DNA of 32,000 nt from NCBI GenBank assembly GCA_047651235.1, contig CP178758.1:1080001-1112000 (forward strand), in the 5' to 3' direction. The translations under genes and the position numbers were made by a program. The notes below the pieces were generated by a model. The model saw only the letters and a list, made by a program, of their open reading frames with translations, was not told the DNA's origin and did not search any database. This document shows, piece by piece, positions 1-7,815 of the stretch (position 1 is its first letter; every line of letters starts with the position of its first letter). This DNA is from Candidatus Electrothrix yaqonensis. Lineage in GTDB: Bacteria > Desulfobacterota > Desulfobulbia > Desulfobulbales > Desulfobulbaceae.

Positions 1-572
1 AAAACCTTTTTTGAGCAGGTCTCCGGCAATTTTTTTTGCAGCCGATTCATCAAGATTATCCGGCAGTACGCGCAACATACGCTGGTACGCTTTAAGATGC
101 CGGAGCAAAGCCTCTTTTTCCTCTCCGGAGACATGCCATCGTAATGCTTCAATACTCGATTTGCGGAGCAGGTCTGCTCTGCGGATATCAACAGATCTGT
201 TTTTTCGCAGAAGGGTATTCAGTTCTTTCAAAACAGCCCGTTTATAGACCCGTCCTGCGAGTCCTTTATTATCGGCAAAGATGCTGAGATTCTCCTGAAT
301 AAAAGTTCGCTGTGGAGTAGTTGCAATCTGAAGCGGGGACTGAATATCTTTTTTCAGTAGGTCCTCGGCAATTTTTATTGCGACCGACTCGTCAAGATCC
401 TTAGGCAATACCCGCAGTACACTTTGGTAGATTCTGAGCTGCCGGAGAAGGGTCTCTTTTTCTTCCCCGGAGACATGCCAGTTGTATGTTTCGATACTCT
501 GTCGGCGGCGCAGGCTTGCTCTGCGGAAATCAACAGATCTATTTTTTCGCAGAAAGGTATTCAGTTCTGTAA
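1..572 (-). repeat. intragenic tandem duplication, period 342 nt
   Basis: The block starting near 18 (ggtctccggcaatttttttt..) aligns with the block starting near 360 (ggtcctcggcaatttttatt..). The offset is a constant 342 nt, in frame (114 codons). The copies are diverged but clearly homologous at DNA and protein level. Confidence 0.75.
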
Positions 573-597
573 AATCAATTTTTGCAGCTTCATTCAT
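1..597 (-). CDS. hypothetical protein with internal ~114-aa tandem duplication; partial, 3' end lies beyond the window start
   Basis: Absent from the ORF track because it runs off the edge. Read on the reverse complement from ATG at 597-595, all 199 codons are open down to position 1. The translation is MNEAAKIDFTELNTFLRKNRSVDFRRASL..WHVSGEEKETLLRQLRIYQSVLRVLPKDLDES.., followed by a second module ELNTLLRKNRSVDIRRADL..WHVSGEEKEALLRHLKAYQRMLRVLPDNLDES... No family recognised. Confidence 0.6.
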   Translation of the reverse strand, partial: MNEAAKIDFTELNTFLRKNRSVDFRRASLRRRQSIETYNWHVSGEEKETLLRQLRIYQSVLRVLPKDLDESVAIKIAEDLLKKDIQSPLQIATTPQRTFIQENLSIFADNKGLAGRVYKRAVLKELNTLLRKNRSVDIRRADLLRKSSIEALRWHVSGEEKEALLRHLKAYQRMLRVLPDNLDESAAKKIAGDLLKKGF

Positions 598-654
598 AAT
601 AGAGCACCCTGAAGAGTTTTTCGAGCGATTGAACCGGGTTTTATGTGCTGTTTA

Positions 655-671
655 ATATTGCAATGCAATAT
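655..671. promoter_or_regulatory. perfect palindrome ATATTGCA-a-TGCAATAT upstream of the minus-strand repeat-protein gene (possible operator)
   Basis: 8-bp arms around a single central base, about 58-74 nt upstream of the ATG at 597. Its function is inferred from position only. Confidence 0.2.
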
Positions 672-1243
672 CGTGAAGACGGCAGGTACGGCGGGTTGAA
701 CTCCGCTCGGAGTCCGTATTAATCAGGCTGCTGTTTAAAATCCGGTACGGGGAGAAAGTGCTTTTTTAAACCACAACCGCTGATTATTGTACGTTGATTA
801 TTGTACAAGATTTTAAAAAGATACTGCATATCTCTCATGCCCTGTGAATTATGTCAAGACAAAATGCCTTCTGCGTAAAAAAAAGGATACAGAGTAGGAG
901 CAGGGCACTGAGTTTGCATTATTCCGCTGATGTTATGCAACTGAAACGAAAAATCGGCAGATTCTATACCCCGGCTGTCTCGTAACTCCTGCTTATGTCC
1001 GACTCGGAATCACTCGTTTTAATGTTTTTTCGAGGCGTTGGCCGCAACTCAGGAAAAGATATCATCATCTGGACTACCAGAAATGTGCAAAGCAATTGAA
1101 CACCGCCCTGCTGAATAGCCGTTGCCGAATGTTTCCTGTCGTGCTACAAATTGAACCGGATAATGTGCGCACAGAAAAGAAAAAATACATCCCTGTGCAC
1201 TTCCTTATATTCCAATTATCATTTTTACGGCCGACTTTATATC

Positions 1244-2515
1244 ATGCTTGAATTACGTTTTATCCGGGAGAATATTGACCTTGTCCGCGAAAAATGCAGC
1301 CGACGCGGCATGAACACCGACCTCATTGATACCTTTGTCGAGGTCGATACCAGACGCCTGGCCCTGCTGGGCGAAGTGGAGCAGCTGAAAAATCGCCGCA
1401 ACACGGTTTCCAAAGAAATTTCGCCGCTGAAACAGGCCGGTGAGCATGACAAAGCAGAGCCGCTGATTGCGGAAATGCGCCAGGTCTCCGAGCGGATCAA
1501 AGCGATGGACAAAGAACTCGCCGCAGTGCAGGAAGAGCTTGACCGGGTGGTCATGGCGGTGCCCAATCTCTGCGACGATTCAGTTCCGGCAGGGAATAAC
1601 GACAGCGATAACGTGGAGATCAGAACCTGGGGTGAAATTCCGAAATTTTCTTTCACCCCGAAACCGCACTGGGAGATCGGCGAAGACCAGGGTATCCTGG
1701 ATTTTGAAACAGCTGCCAAGCTCTCCGGGGCCCGGTTTGCTCTGCTTAAGGGATTCGCCTCCAAGTTATCCAGGGCGCTGACCAATTTCTTTCTTGATCT
1801 GCATACCCAGAAGCACGGCTATACCGAGATGCTGCCGCCCTTTATGGTGAACTCAAAGAGCATGACCGGGACCGGTCAGCTCCCCAAGTTCAAGGAAGAT
1901 CTGTTCAAGATCGAGGACTGGGATCTCTGGCTGATCCCGACCGCCGAGGTGCCCCTGACCAACATCCACAGCGATGAAACCCTGGCCGAGGCGGATCTGC
2001 CCATCAAATATACGGCCTATACACCCTGCTTCCGTTCCGAAGCCGGTTCCTACGGCAAGGATACCAGAGGGCTGATCCGGCAGCATCAGTTCGACAAGGT
2101 GGAGCTGGTGAAATTCACCACCCCGGAGACCTCGGATGCCGAGCTGGACTCCCTGCTGGCTGATGCTGAAGAGGTTCTGCAGCTCCTGGAACTGCCCTAC
2201 CGGGTGGTCACCCTCTGCTCCGGCGACCTGGGTTTTTCCGCTGCCAAAACCTATGATATCGAGGTCTGGCTGCCGGGCCAGAACACCTATCGGGAGATCT
2301 CCTCCTGCTCAAACTTCCGCGACTTCCAGGCCCGCCGGGCAGGCATCCGCTATCGTCCGGAAGGTAAGAAAAAAAGCACTCTGGTCCACACCCTGAACGG
2401 CTCCGGCCTGGCAGTGGGCCGCACCCTGCTGGCCGTGCTGGAGAATTATCAGCAGGAGGACGGCACCGTGCGCCTGCCCAAGGTACTGGAACCGTATTTT
2501 GCCGGGCGGTTTTAG
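1244..2515 (+). CDS. serS: serine--tRNA ligase
   Basis: N-terminus [22 protein letters not shown].. forms the coiled-coil arm. Class II core motifs are present (..TAEVPLTN.., [41 protein letters not shown]). The internal ATG at 1244 is chosen over the ORF-track start at 1151 because it gives a typical ~423-aa length. Confidence 0.95.
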   Translation: MLELRFIRENIDLVREKCSRRGMNTDLIDTFVEVDTRRLALLGEVEQLKNRRNTVSKEISPLKQAGEHDKAEPLIAEMRQVSERIKAMDKELAAVQEELDRVVMAVPNLCDDSVPAGNNDSDNVEIRTWGEIPKFSFTPKPHWEIGEDQGILDFETAAKLSGARFALLKGFASKLSRALTNFFLDLHTQKHGYTEMLPPFMVNSKSMTGTGQLPKFKEDLFKIEDWDLWLIPTAEVPLTNIHSDETLAEADLPIKYTAYTPCFRSEAGSYGKDTRGLIRQHQFDKVELVKFTTPETSDAELDSLLADAEEVLQLLELPYRVVTLCSGDLGFSAAKTYDIEVWLPGQNTYREISSCSNFRDFQARRAGIRYRPEGKKKSTLVHTLNGSGLAVGRTLLAVLENYQQEDGTVRLPKVLEPYFAGRF

Positions 2516-2591
2516 AATGGTGAAAGTTCTGCCGGAGAGGCAGGAAAGGAGTTCATTATCATTAAAGGGTAGGGTGGTCTGGAATCCGTTG

Positions 2592-3002
2592 TCAGAGCAG
2601 GCCTACAAGCTCCAGGATATTTCTGACAAACTGCCCATGGCCTTGGTCAATATAAAGTCCCATCTGGGCAATCAGCGAGTATGCTGCAGCATACTGGGCC
2701 AAGGCAAAACCTGCGATGGTGAACTGACTGACGCTGACCAGACCGATGCCGAACTGCGACAGGGTCAACACACCGCTGGCGAACTGGCCGATCGCCACGA
2801 CGCCTTTTGCTGGCACCGGACAGCGGGCAGGGCTGTACTTAAACGAGATATGCAGCCACGGCAGGCCGAAGACAGTTGCTTTGGATCTATACTCAAAACC
2901 CCAGCCGTTCCATTTGTCCTTTGCCGGGTATGGCGCCCCGCATTGCGGGCAGGCCATAGCCTGTTCGGAAACAGTATGACGGCATTCGCGACAGAGTTTC
3001 AT
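2592..3002 (-). CDS. zinc-ribbon domain membrane protein
   Basis: The N-terminal CREC..x12..CPQC forms a zinc ribbon. It is followed by hydrophobic G/A/I-rich repeats (AIGQFASGVLTLSQFGIGLVSVSQFTIAGFALAQ). Confidence 0.7.
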   Translation of the reverse strand: MKLCRECRHTVSEQAMACPQCGAPYPAKDKWNGWGFEYRSKATVFGLPWLHISFKYSPARCPVPAKGVVAIGQFASGVLTLSQFGIGLVSVSQFTIAGFALAQYAAAYSLIAQMGLYIDQGHGQFVRNILELVGLL

Positions 3003-3027
3003 GATATTCAGATTTGCTGTGCTGTGG

Positions 3028-3253
3028 TGAACAGATCACGGGAGCCGGAACTCCCGCGATCTGTTTAACTGTGGTTCCAAAGGCGCGCCCCTTCGGGCCA
3101 CGCCTTTGGAATGCCGAGTTGACCGTACCGGCCCAACATTTGATTCCTGCGGCGCTGCGCGCCTTCGGAACCAAACGTTGGACTCGAAATTTTCCCGCAA
3201 TAATCAACCGCAAGCGGCCATTATACCAGGAAAATTACGGTCAACTCGGCATT
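3028..3253 (-). other. densely structured intergenic element (candidate cis-regulatory RNA, ncRNA or REP/MITE-like element)
   Basis: Hairpin 3030-3044/3051-3065. Hairpin 3075-3085/3101-3111. Extended hairpin 3133-3181. Perfect 18-bp inverted repeat 3110-3127/3236-3253. Alternative long-range pairing 3073-3088/3157-3172. Each single mismatch is A-C on the plus strand, which is G-U on the minus strand. Confidence 0.35.
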
Positions 3254-4299
3254 ATTTTTTCCAATACTTGATCCAGTTTTTGCGGTCCTTCTTTTCCCAG
3301 CCGCTTGTGTTGGTGAGTTTCTTCCCGCCGATTTCAAAATCAACCGTCATATCTTCCGAGAGCAGCTCTTCGCTGATATCAGAGTCCTTGAGTTTGACGA
3401 GACATTTGTCTTTGTGGAACCGACAGAGAATCTTCACTTTGGAATTGCGGTAATAAACCCGCTTATCCGGGACGATATCAAGATCACTACTGTCAAGAAC
3501 CAGACTATATGCGGGTTCCTCCCCGGCAGTTCCGAACTGGAATCTTAACGGAGAAGATTCGATGGTAGCTAGATCGGGATCATTTATACCTGTCATCACA
3601 AACCAGGCGGAATCACTGTTCTCCTGATTTTTTCTGATGTTGATTTTGCCGGTCATGTCAACCGGAATCGTTTCGGCCGTAACTTCAATAAAGCGATCCT
3701 TAGTTTCCGTGTAGGTTTCACCACCGGCAGTGGTGATGGTCAGGGATACGGTGTAGCAGCCGCTCAGCAGATAGGTGTGGGTCGGGTTCTGCTCATTGCT
3801 GCCTGTGCCGTCGCCGAAGTCCCATGTCCAGCTTGTAATGTCCAGTGGTGTAGACTTATCCGTGAAGTTGACCGTGAACGGAGCAAGGCCAGCTGTCTCC
3901 TTTTTATCAGCGTCGAAATATGCAGCCGGAACCGGGTCTGCCAGCAGGTCGGTGAACGGACAGCCGAGGAGGTTGGTCATAAAAGCTTCCCGGCGTCGAT
4001 ATTCTTTATCCTTACCGAATTCCATGAATACATCCATTTTGGCCATCTGGAGGGCCTCTCCTATCCTTTCTCCCTCAAAAACAGCGGCAGCAAAACTTTT
4101 ATGAAGCCAGTTGTTAACGTTTTCAAGGTCTGTATTGGTATACGAATACAATCCCATTTGGGAATTCCCGATCACGGCAAATGCTCCGACGTCAGGTTTT
4201 GCATTCACCATATTTTCGAGAACGGAATCGTTTACTGTGAAATTGCCAGAATAGCAGGCTTGGGTATAGAGGAAAAAAAACTTGTTATTGGTCATAGAG
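3252..4299 (-). pseudogene. 5'-truncated caspase-fold (C25/gingipain-like) cysteine peptidase fragment with PKD domain
   Basis: FFFLYTQACYSGNF is a beta-strand plus catalytic-Cys type motif. AFAVIGNSQMG and NLLGCPFTDL resemble the C-terminal half of C25-like peptidases. The PKD motif is clear (FTVNFTD..WTWDFGDGTGSNEQNPTHTYLLSGCYTVSLTI). The upstream half that should carry the catalytic His is missing and is replaced by the IS right end at 4301. The ORF-track extension to 4394 is IS sequence. Confidence 0.7.
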
Positions 4300-4300
4300 T

Positions 4301-5306
4301 TACTTCTACTTTGGCACTCACAAAGGCTGTGGTAATAATTTGCAATTCCGTTGTTTCTCATATGCGAAATCAATCGAAGCTTGCCTCTTTTCATGCCGTT
4401 GACAAAGCTGTCTTATAACTTCATCTTCGTTTACATCTCGACGTGGAAGAATTGACTTGAGTAATGTTGTTATATCAGCGCAACTCAATAACGGGACACC
4501 GACTTGATGGTATAATCGTTGCTCGACCATAAACAACATGGCCATCATGACCATAGTCATATGATGATGCCAAGCCAGCCATCCCCGAGCCTTAGCCTTA
4601 AGACAACGTTCCTTGTCATCCGTCCAGCTTTTCGGTAAATACAGCCGACAGTCGATCGGCGTTGAAAAGCGACCATATCCCAAAGTTGCAAACACTACTA
4701 CTTGACAGTTGTCGGTTTTACCAAGCTGCCCGCACCATTGACGAGAAACCCCAACAGACATTTTACCCTTTTTGGGTATCCCGGATTCATCAATAAAAAG
4801 AGCGCTATCTTCCTTTCCTCCAAAAATGTTATCCGCATCTTTAGCTACGTGGTTGTTTACAGGACGCCAATCCCAGTTCGATTCGGAAAGAAAATACTGG
4901 AGGGGCTCATATTTAACGCCCGGAACCTTTTCCTCCATACGTTCCATGTTTTTTTGTCAGACTGGAATAAACCTTTCAAGTATTGGAATGCTTTATCTGA
5001 CAAACTTACCGTATGTCTCTTAAAAAAATGATGATATCTTTCGTGAAAAGACGTAAGTTGCCGGGCGATGCCGGTCAACTCAAAGAATTTGTCATGGGGA
5101 CTTCTTTTTTCGGGGCTGGGAGCGTTCATAAAAAGAATAAAGTTATAATCAGGGCGATTGACGGGTATTTTTTTGATAGCTGTTATCAGGTGCTATCTTG
5201 ATCAAAAAGCGATAAAATCTTCCTAATGAAAGATACAACTTTATCCGGATATTGCAAGAAGTTTTTACAAATAGATCAAAAGGTTATGGTTGACAAAGTA
5301 GAAATA
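4301..5306 (-). mobile_element. IS701-family-like insertion sequence, apparent internally deleted derivative, copy A (1006 bp)
   Basis: Aligns end to end with 21685-22689 in the opposite orientation. Imperfect terminal inverted repeats are TATTTCTACTTTGTCAACCA and TACTTCTACTTTGGCACTCA. It encodes DDE-transposase fragments. Confidence 0.85.
4318..5129 (-). pseudogene. IS701-like DDE transposase, two overlapping frames joined at an A7 run, catalytic core apparently deleted
   Basis: The first frame is MNAPSPEKRSPHDKFFELTG..LFQSDKK. The second is MERMEEKVPGVKYEPLQYFLSESNWDW..LFIDESGIPKKGKMSVGVSRQWCGQLGKTDNCQV..LYLPKSWTDDKERC. It then jumps directly to the C-terminal RGWLAWHHHMTMVMMAMLF motif. 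The second Asp and the Glu region that I expect in this family are not found. Confidence 0.8.
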
Positions 5307-5308
5307 GC

Positions 5309-5584
5309 AGTGACGATACGCCCTATGTATCGTACAGGGATGGTGCCAACAACGGCTATAAAGCCAGCGTGATGCGCTTTGACGACACCAACTGGGTTCA
5401 GGTGGGCGAGGCTGGGTTTTCCACTGATAAGATCCATTTTCCGCGCCTTGCTTTTTCTAGTGACGGTACGCCCTATATAGGAGGCTACACGGTAGCCGAC
5501 ATGGCATATGAAGCTGGGAAAGCCAGCGTGATGAAGTTTGTCCCCCCTGCCGATGCCGCCGTGCAGGCACTTGAAAGACGGTAA
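5309..5584 (+). pseudogene. 3' fragment of a ~50-aa-repeat (beta-propeller-like) protein, truncated by the IS left end
   Basis: The frame is open from the IS boundary: SDDTPYVSYRDGANNGYKASVMRFDDTNWVQVGEAGFS..SSDGTPYIGGYTVADMAYEAGKASVMKF... It begins in the middle of a repeat unit. There is no start codon before 5369, and a stop lies at 5291 inside the IS. Confidence 0.55.
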
Positions 5585-5774
5585 GGAAGAAAGCGGCAGG
5601 ATCAAGTACGACAGAGCACGGAGGAAGCTCCTGGAGAAGCTCGTGCCGAGGATTGACGGTTGCGCGGTATCAGGCAGTCCGGATGAGAACGACTGGATTT
5701 GTGACTGCGAAGGTCAGGATACCGTATATCCTCTTATCATGAAGGCGATAGGGTATCTGGAAAAGCTGATGTAA
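5538..5774 (+). CDS. hypothetical small protein (doubtful)
   Basis: 78-codon ORF with a TTG start and no recognisable motif. The only support is the strong plus-strand terminator just downstream. Confidence 0.2.
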   Translation: MSPLPMPPCRHLKDGKEESGRIKYDRARRKLLEKLVPRIDGCAVSGSPDENDWICDCEGQDTVYPLIMKAIGYLEKLM

Positions 5775-5803
5775 TTCTCTGCAGATTCCTCAGCGATCGA
5801 CAG

Positions 5804-5831
5804 GGCGGGGCCGAGTGGCTCCGCCTTTTTT
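5804..5831 (+). terminator. rho-independent terminator
   Basis: The 9-bp stem GGCGGGGCC / GGCTCCGCC contains one G-U pair. The loop is GAGT. It is followed by six T (5826-5831). Confidence 0.75.
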
Positions 5832-5912
5832 ATTGCCCGACCTGCCCGGTCAGTTTATGTTCTGATAAGAAGGTTCCCTCTTTACCATATTCAGCTTCCT
5901 CCGAGCAGGATC

Positions 5913-7271
5913 ATGCCGCCCAAAGAACAACAAATTTTCGTCTGCAGTAAATGCGGCTGCCAGAGCCGCAAGTGGCTGGGCCGCTGCCCAGAATGCGGGG
6001 AATGGGACAGTCTGGAGGAGCGGAAAAAACAAAAAATCCGTCCGGGTCGGGCAACATCGGAAGTCTTTCCCCTGACCGGCGAAGGCGGTGAAGAACCTGT
6101 CCGCCTGGTGACCGGGATCAGTGAACTGGACCGCACCTTGGGCGGCGGCATTGTACCCGGCTCAATGGTCCTGCTGGGCGGTGATCCGGGAATCGGCAAG
6201 TCAACCCTGATCCTCCAGCTGCTGGCAGCTTTGGCCGGGCAGCAACGCAAGGTGCTCTATGCCAGCGGCGAGGAGTCTGTCAGTCAGATCAGAATGCGGG
6301 CGGAACGCCTGCAGGTGCGGAGCAAACATATTTTTCTTGCTGCGGAAAATTCGGTGCAGGCCATTATCAGCCTGGCCGATGAGCTGCAGCCCGCCTTTCT
6401 GGCCGTGGATTCCATCCAGACCATGTTCAGCGAGGAGCTGACCTCAGCCCCCGGTTCCGTCACCCAGGTGCGGGAGTCTGCCTCCCTGTTTGTCAACTTG
6501 GCCAAGCGCACTGATCTGCCGGTAATCCTGATCGGCCATGTGACCAAGGACGGCTCCATTGCCGGGCCCAGAGTGCTGGAGCACATGGTGGACACGGTGC
6601 TTTATTTTGAAGGCGACAGCGGCCAGATGTTCCGGGTGCTGCGCACGGTCAAGAACCGCTTCGGTTCCACCAACGAGATTGGTGTATTTGAAATGAAGGA
6701 GAGCGGTCTGGCCGAGGTGGATAATCCGTCTGCCCTGTTTCTGGCCGAACGTCCGGTGAACGTGCCCGGTTCTGTGGTCATGCCCAGTGTGGAAGGTACC
6801 CGGCCGATCCTGGTGGAGGTCCAGGCCTTGGTCAGCCCGTCCAGCCTAGGAACAGCCCGGCGGACGGCCATCGGCGCCGATCCGCAGCGACTGGCCCTGC
6901 TGACCGCTGTGCTGGAGAAAAAAATTGGCGTCACCCTGTTTGACCATGATATTTTTCTCAACATTGCCGGAGGTATCCGCATTGATGAACCGGCTCTGGA
7001 TCTTGCCGTGATTGTAGCCCTGCTTTCCAGCCTGTATGAAAAGGTGGTTGATCCCACCACGGTGGTCTGCGGTGAAGTCGGGCTGGCCGGAGAGATCCGG
7101 GCTGTAGGGCAGATGGAAATGCGCCTGCGCGAAGCCCGGCGACTCGGCTTCAAGGCCTTCCTCATGCCGGAATCCAGCACACGCCAGTTGGAGTCAAAAT
7201 CCGCAGCCGGAATTCAGGTGCATCCGGTACGCACGGTGCATGAGGTGGTGGAGCGGCTCTTTGTGGAATAA
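5913..7271 (+). CDS. radA: DNA repair protein RadA
   Basis: N-terminal zinc ribbon (CSKCGCQSRKWLGRCPECGEW), Walker A (GGDPGIGKST), KNRFG motif and a Lon-like C-terminal domain. Confidence 0.95.
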   Translation: MPPKEQQIFVCSKCGCQSRKWLGRCPECGEWDSLEERKKQKIRPGRATSEVFPLTGEGGEEPVRLVTGISELDRTLGGGIVPGSMVLLGGDPGIGKSTLILQLLAALAGQQRKVLYASGEESVSQIRMRAERLQVRSKHIFLAAENSVQAIISLADELQPAFLAVDSIQTMFSEELTSAPGSVTQVRESASLFVNLAKRTDLPVILIGHVTKDGSIAGPRVLEHMVDTVLYFEGDSGQMFRVLRTVKNRFGSTNEIGVFEMKESGLAEVDNPSALFLAERPVNVPGSVVMPSVEGTRPILVEVQALVSPSSLGTARRTAIGADPQRLALLTAVLEKKIGVTLFDHDIFLNIAGGIRIDEPALDLAVIVALLSSLYEKVVDPTTVVCGEVGLAGEIRAVGQMEMRLREARRLGFKAFLMPESSTRQLESKSAAGIQVHPVRTVHEVVERLFVE

Positions 7272-7367
7272 GTGTACGTCCCGCCTGATAATTACCGAGA
7301 AGAAATCGACAGCTGTTTCTGCCCTCAAGTTCATCTTCCTGCCATGGACCGGGCATGGTTTCAGTTT

Positions 7368-7808
7368 CTACTGCTTATACCGCCATACTCCCTGAATCGC
7401 TTTCCGAATATTATCAGGAAAAGACATCAATTTCCCCTGCCGGTTGATGCAGGCATGGTTGGTAAACCCCTTGACCAGCAGTTGTTCCCGGTTTCGCTTT
7501 TCCTCCTCACGGGTAATTCTGAAATGAAAACGGCAGGAGACCCGCTTAATCTCAGCAAGGGAAGTGGCTATGGTAATCAAATCATCATACCTGGCCGGAG
7601 CCTTGTAACGGAGGTAACTTTCCGTGACCGGCAGAATAATTCCCTGCTCTTCCATCTCGCTGTACGGAATGGCCCGGCTGCGCATCATCTCTGTACGTCC
7701 CATTTCCATAAAGCGGAGATAATTCGCATAATATACGAGACCTCCAGCATCGGTATCGCCGTAAATAATTCGGTACTGCATGCGGAAAACCGGCTCGGTC
7801 ATTTCCAT
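7368..7808 (-). CDS. acyl-CoA thioesterase, YbgC/4HBT family
   Basis: The hotdog-fold signature is YRIIYGDTDAGGLVYYANYLRFMEMGRTE. The ATG at 7808 is chosen over the ORF-track start at 7979 because it lies 7 nt after the apgM stop, giving about 146 aa. Confidence 0.85.
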   Translation of the reverse strand: MEMTEPVFRMQYRIIYGDTDAGGLVYYANYLRFMEMGRTEMMRSRAIPYSEMEEQGIILPVTESYLRYKAPARYDDLITIATSLAEIKRVSCRFHFRITREEEKRNREQLLVKGFTNHACINRQGKLMSFPDNIRKAIQGVWRYKQ

Positions 7809-7815
7809 CTGCAGA

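Noticed and set aside
11-612. Plus-strand ORFs 11-247 and 424-612 from the ORF track
   Set aside because: They are antisense shadows of the longer minus-strand repeat-protein ORF, which is open through the whole 1-597 interval and shows an in-frame duplicated module.
3061-3200. tRNA or another known small RNA (6S, SRP, RNase P) in the structured intergenic region
   Set aside because: There is no cloverleaf, no GTTCGAATC-type T-loop and no SRP or RNase P signature sequence. I kept it only as an unclassified structured element.
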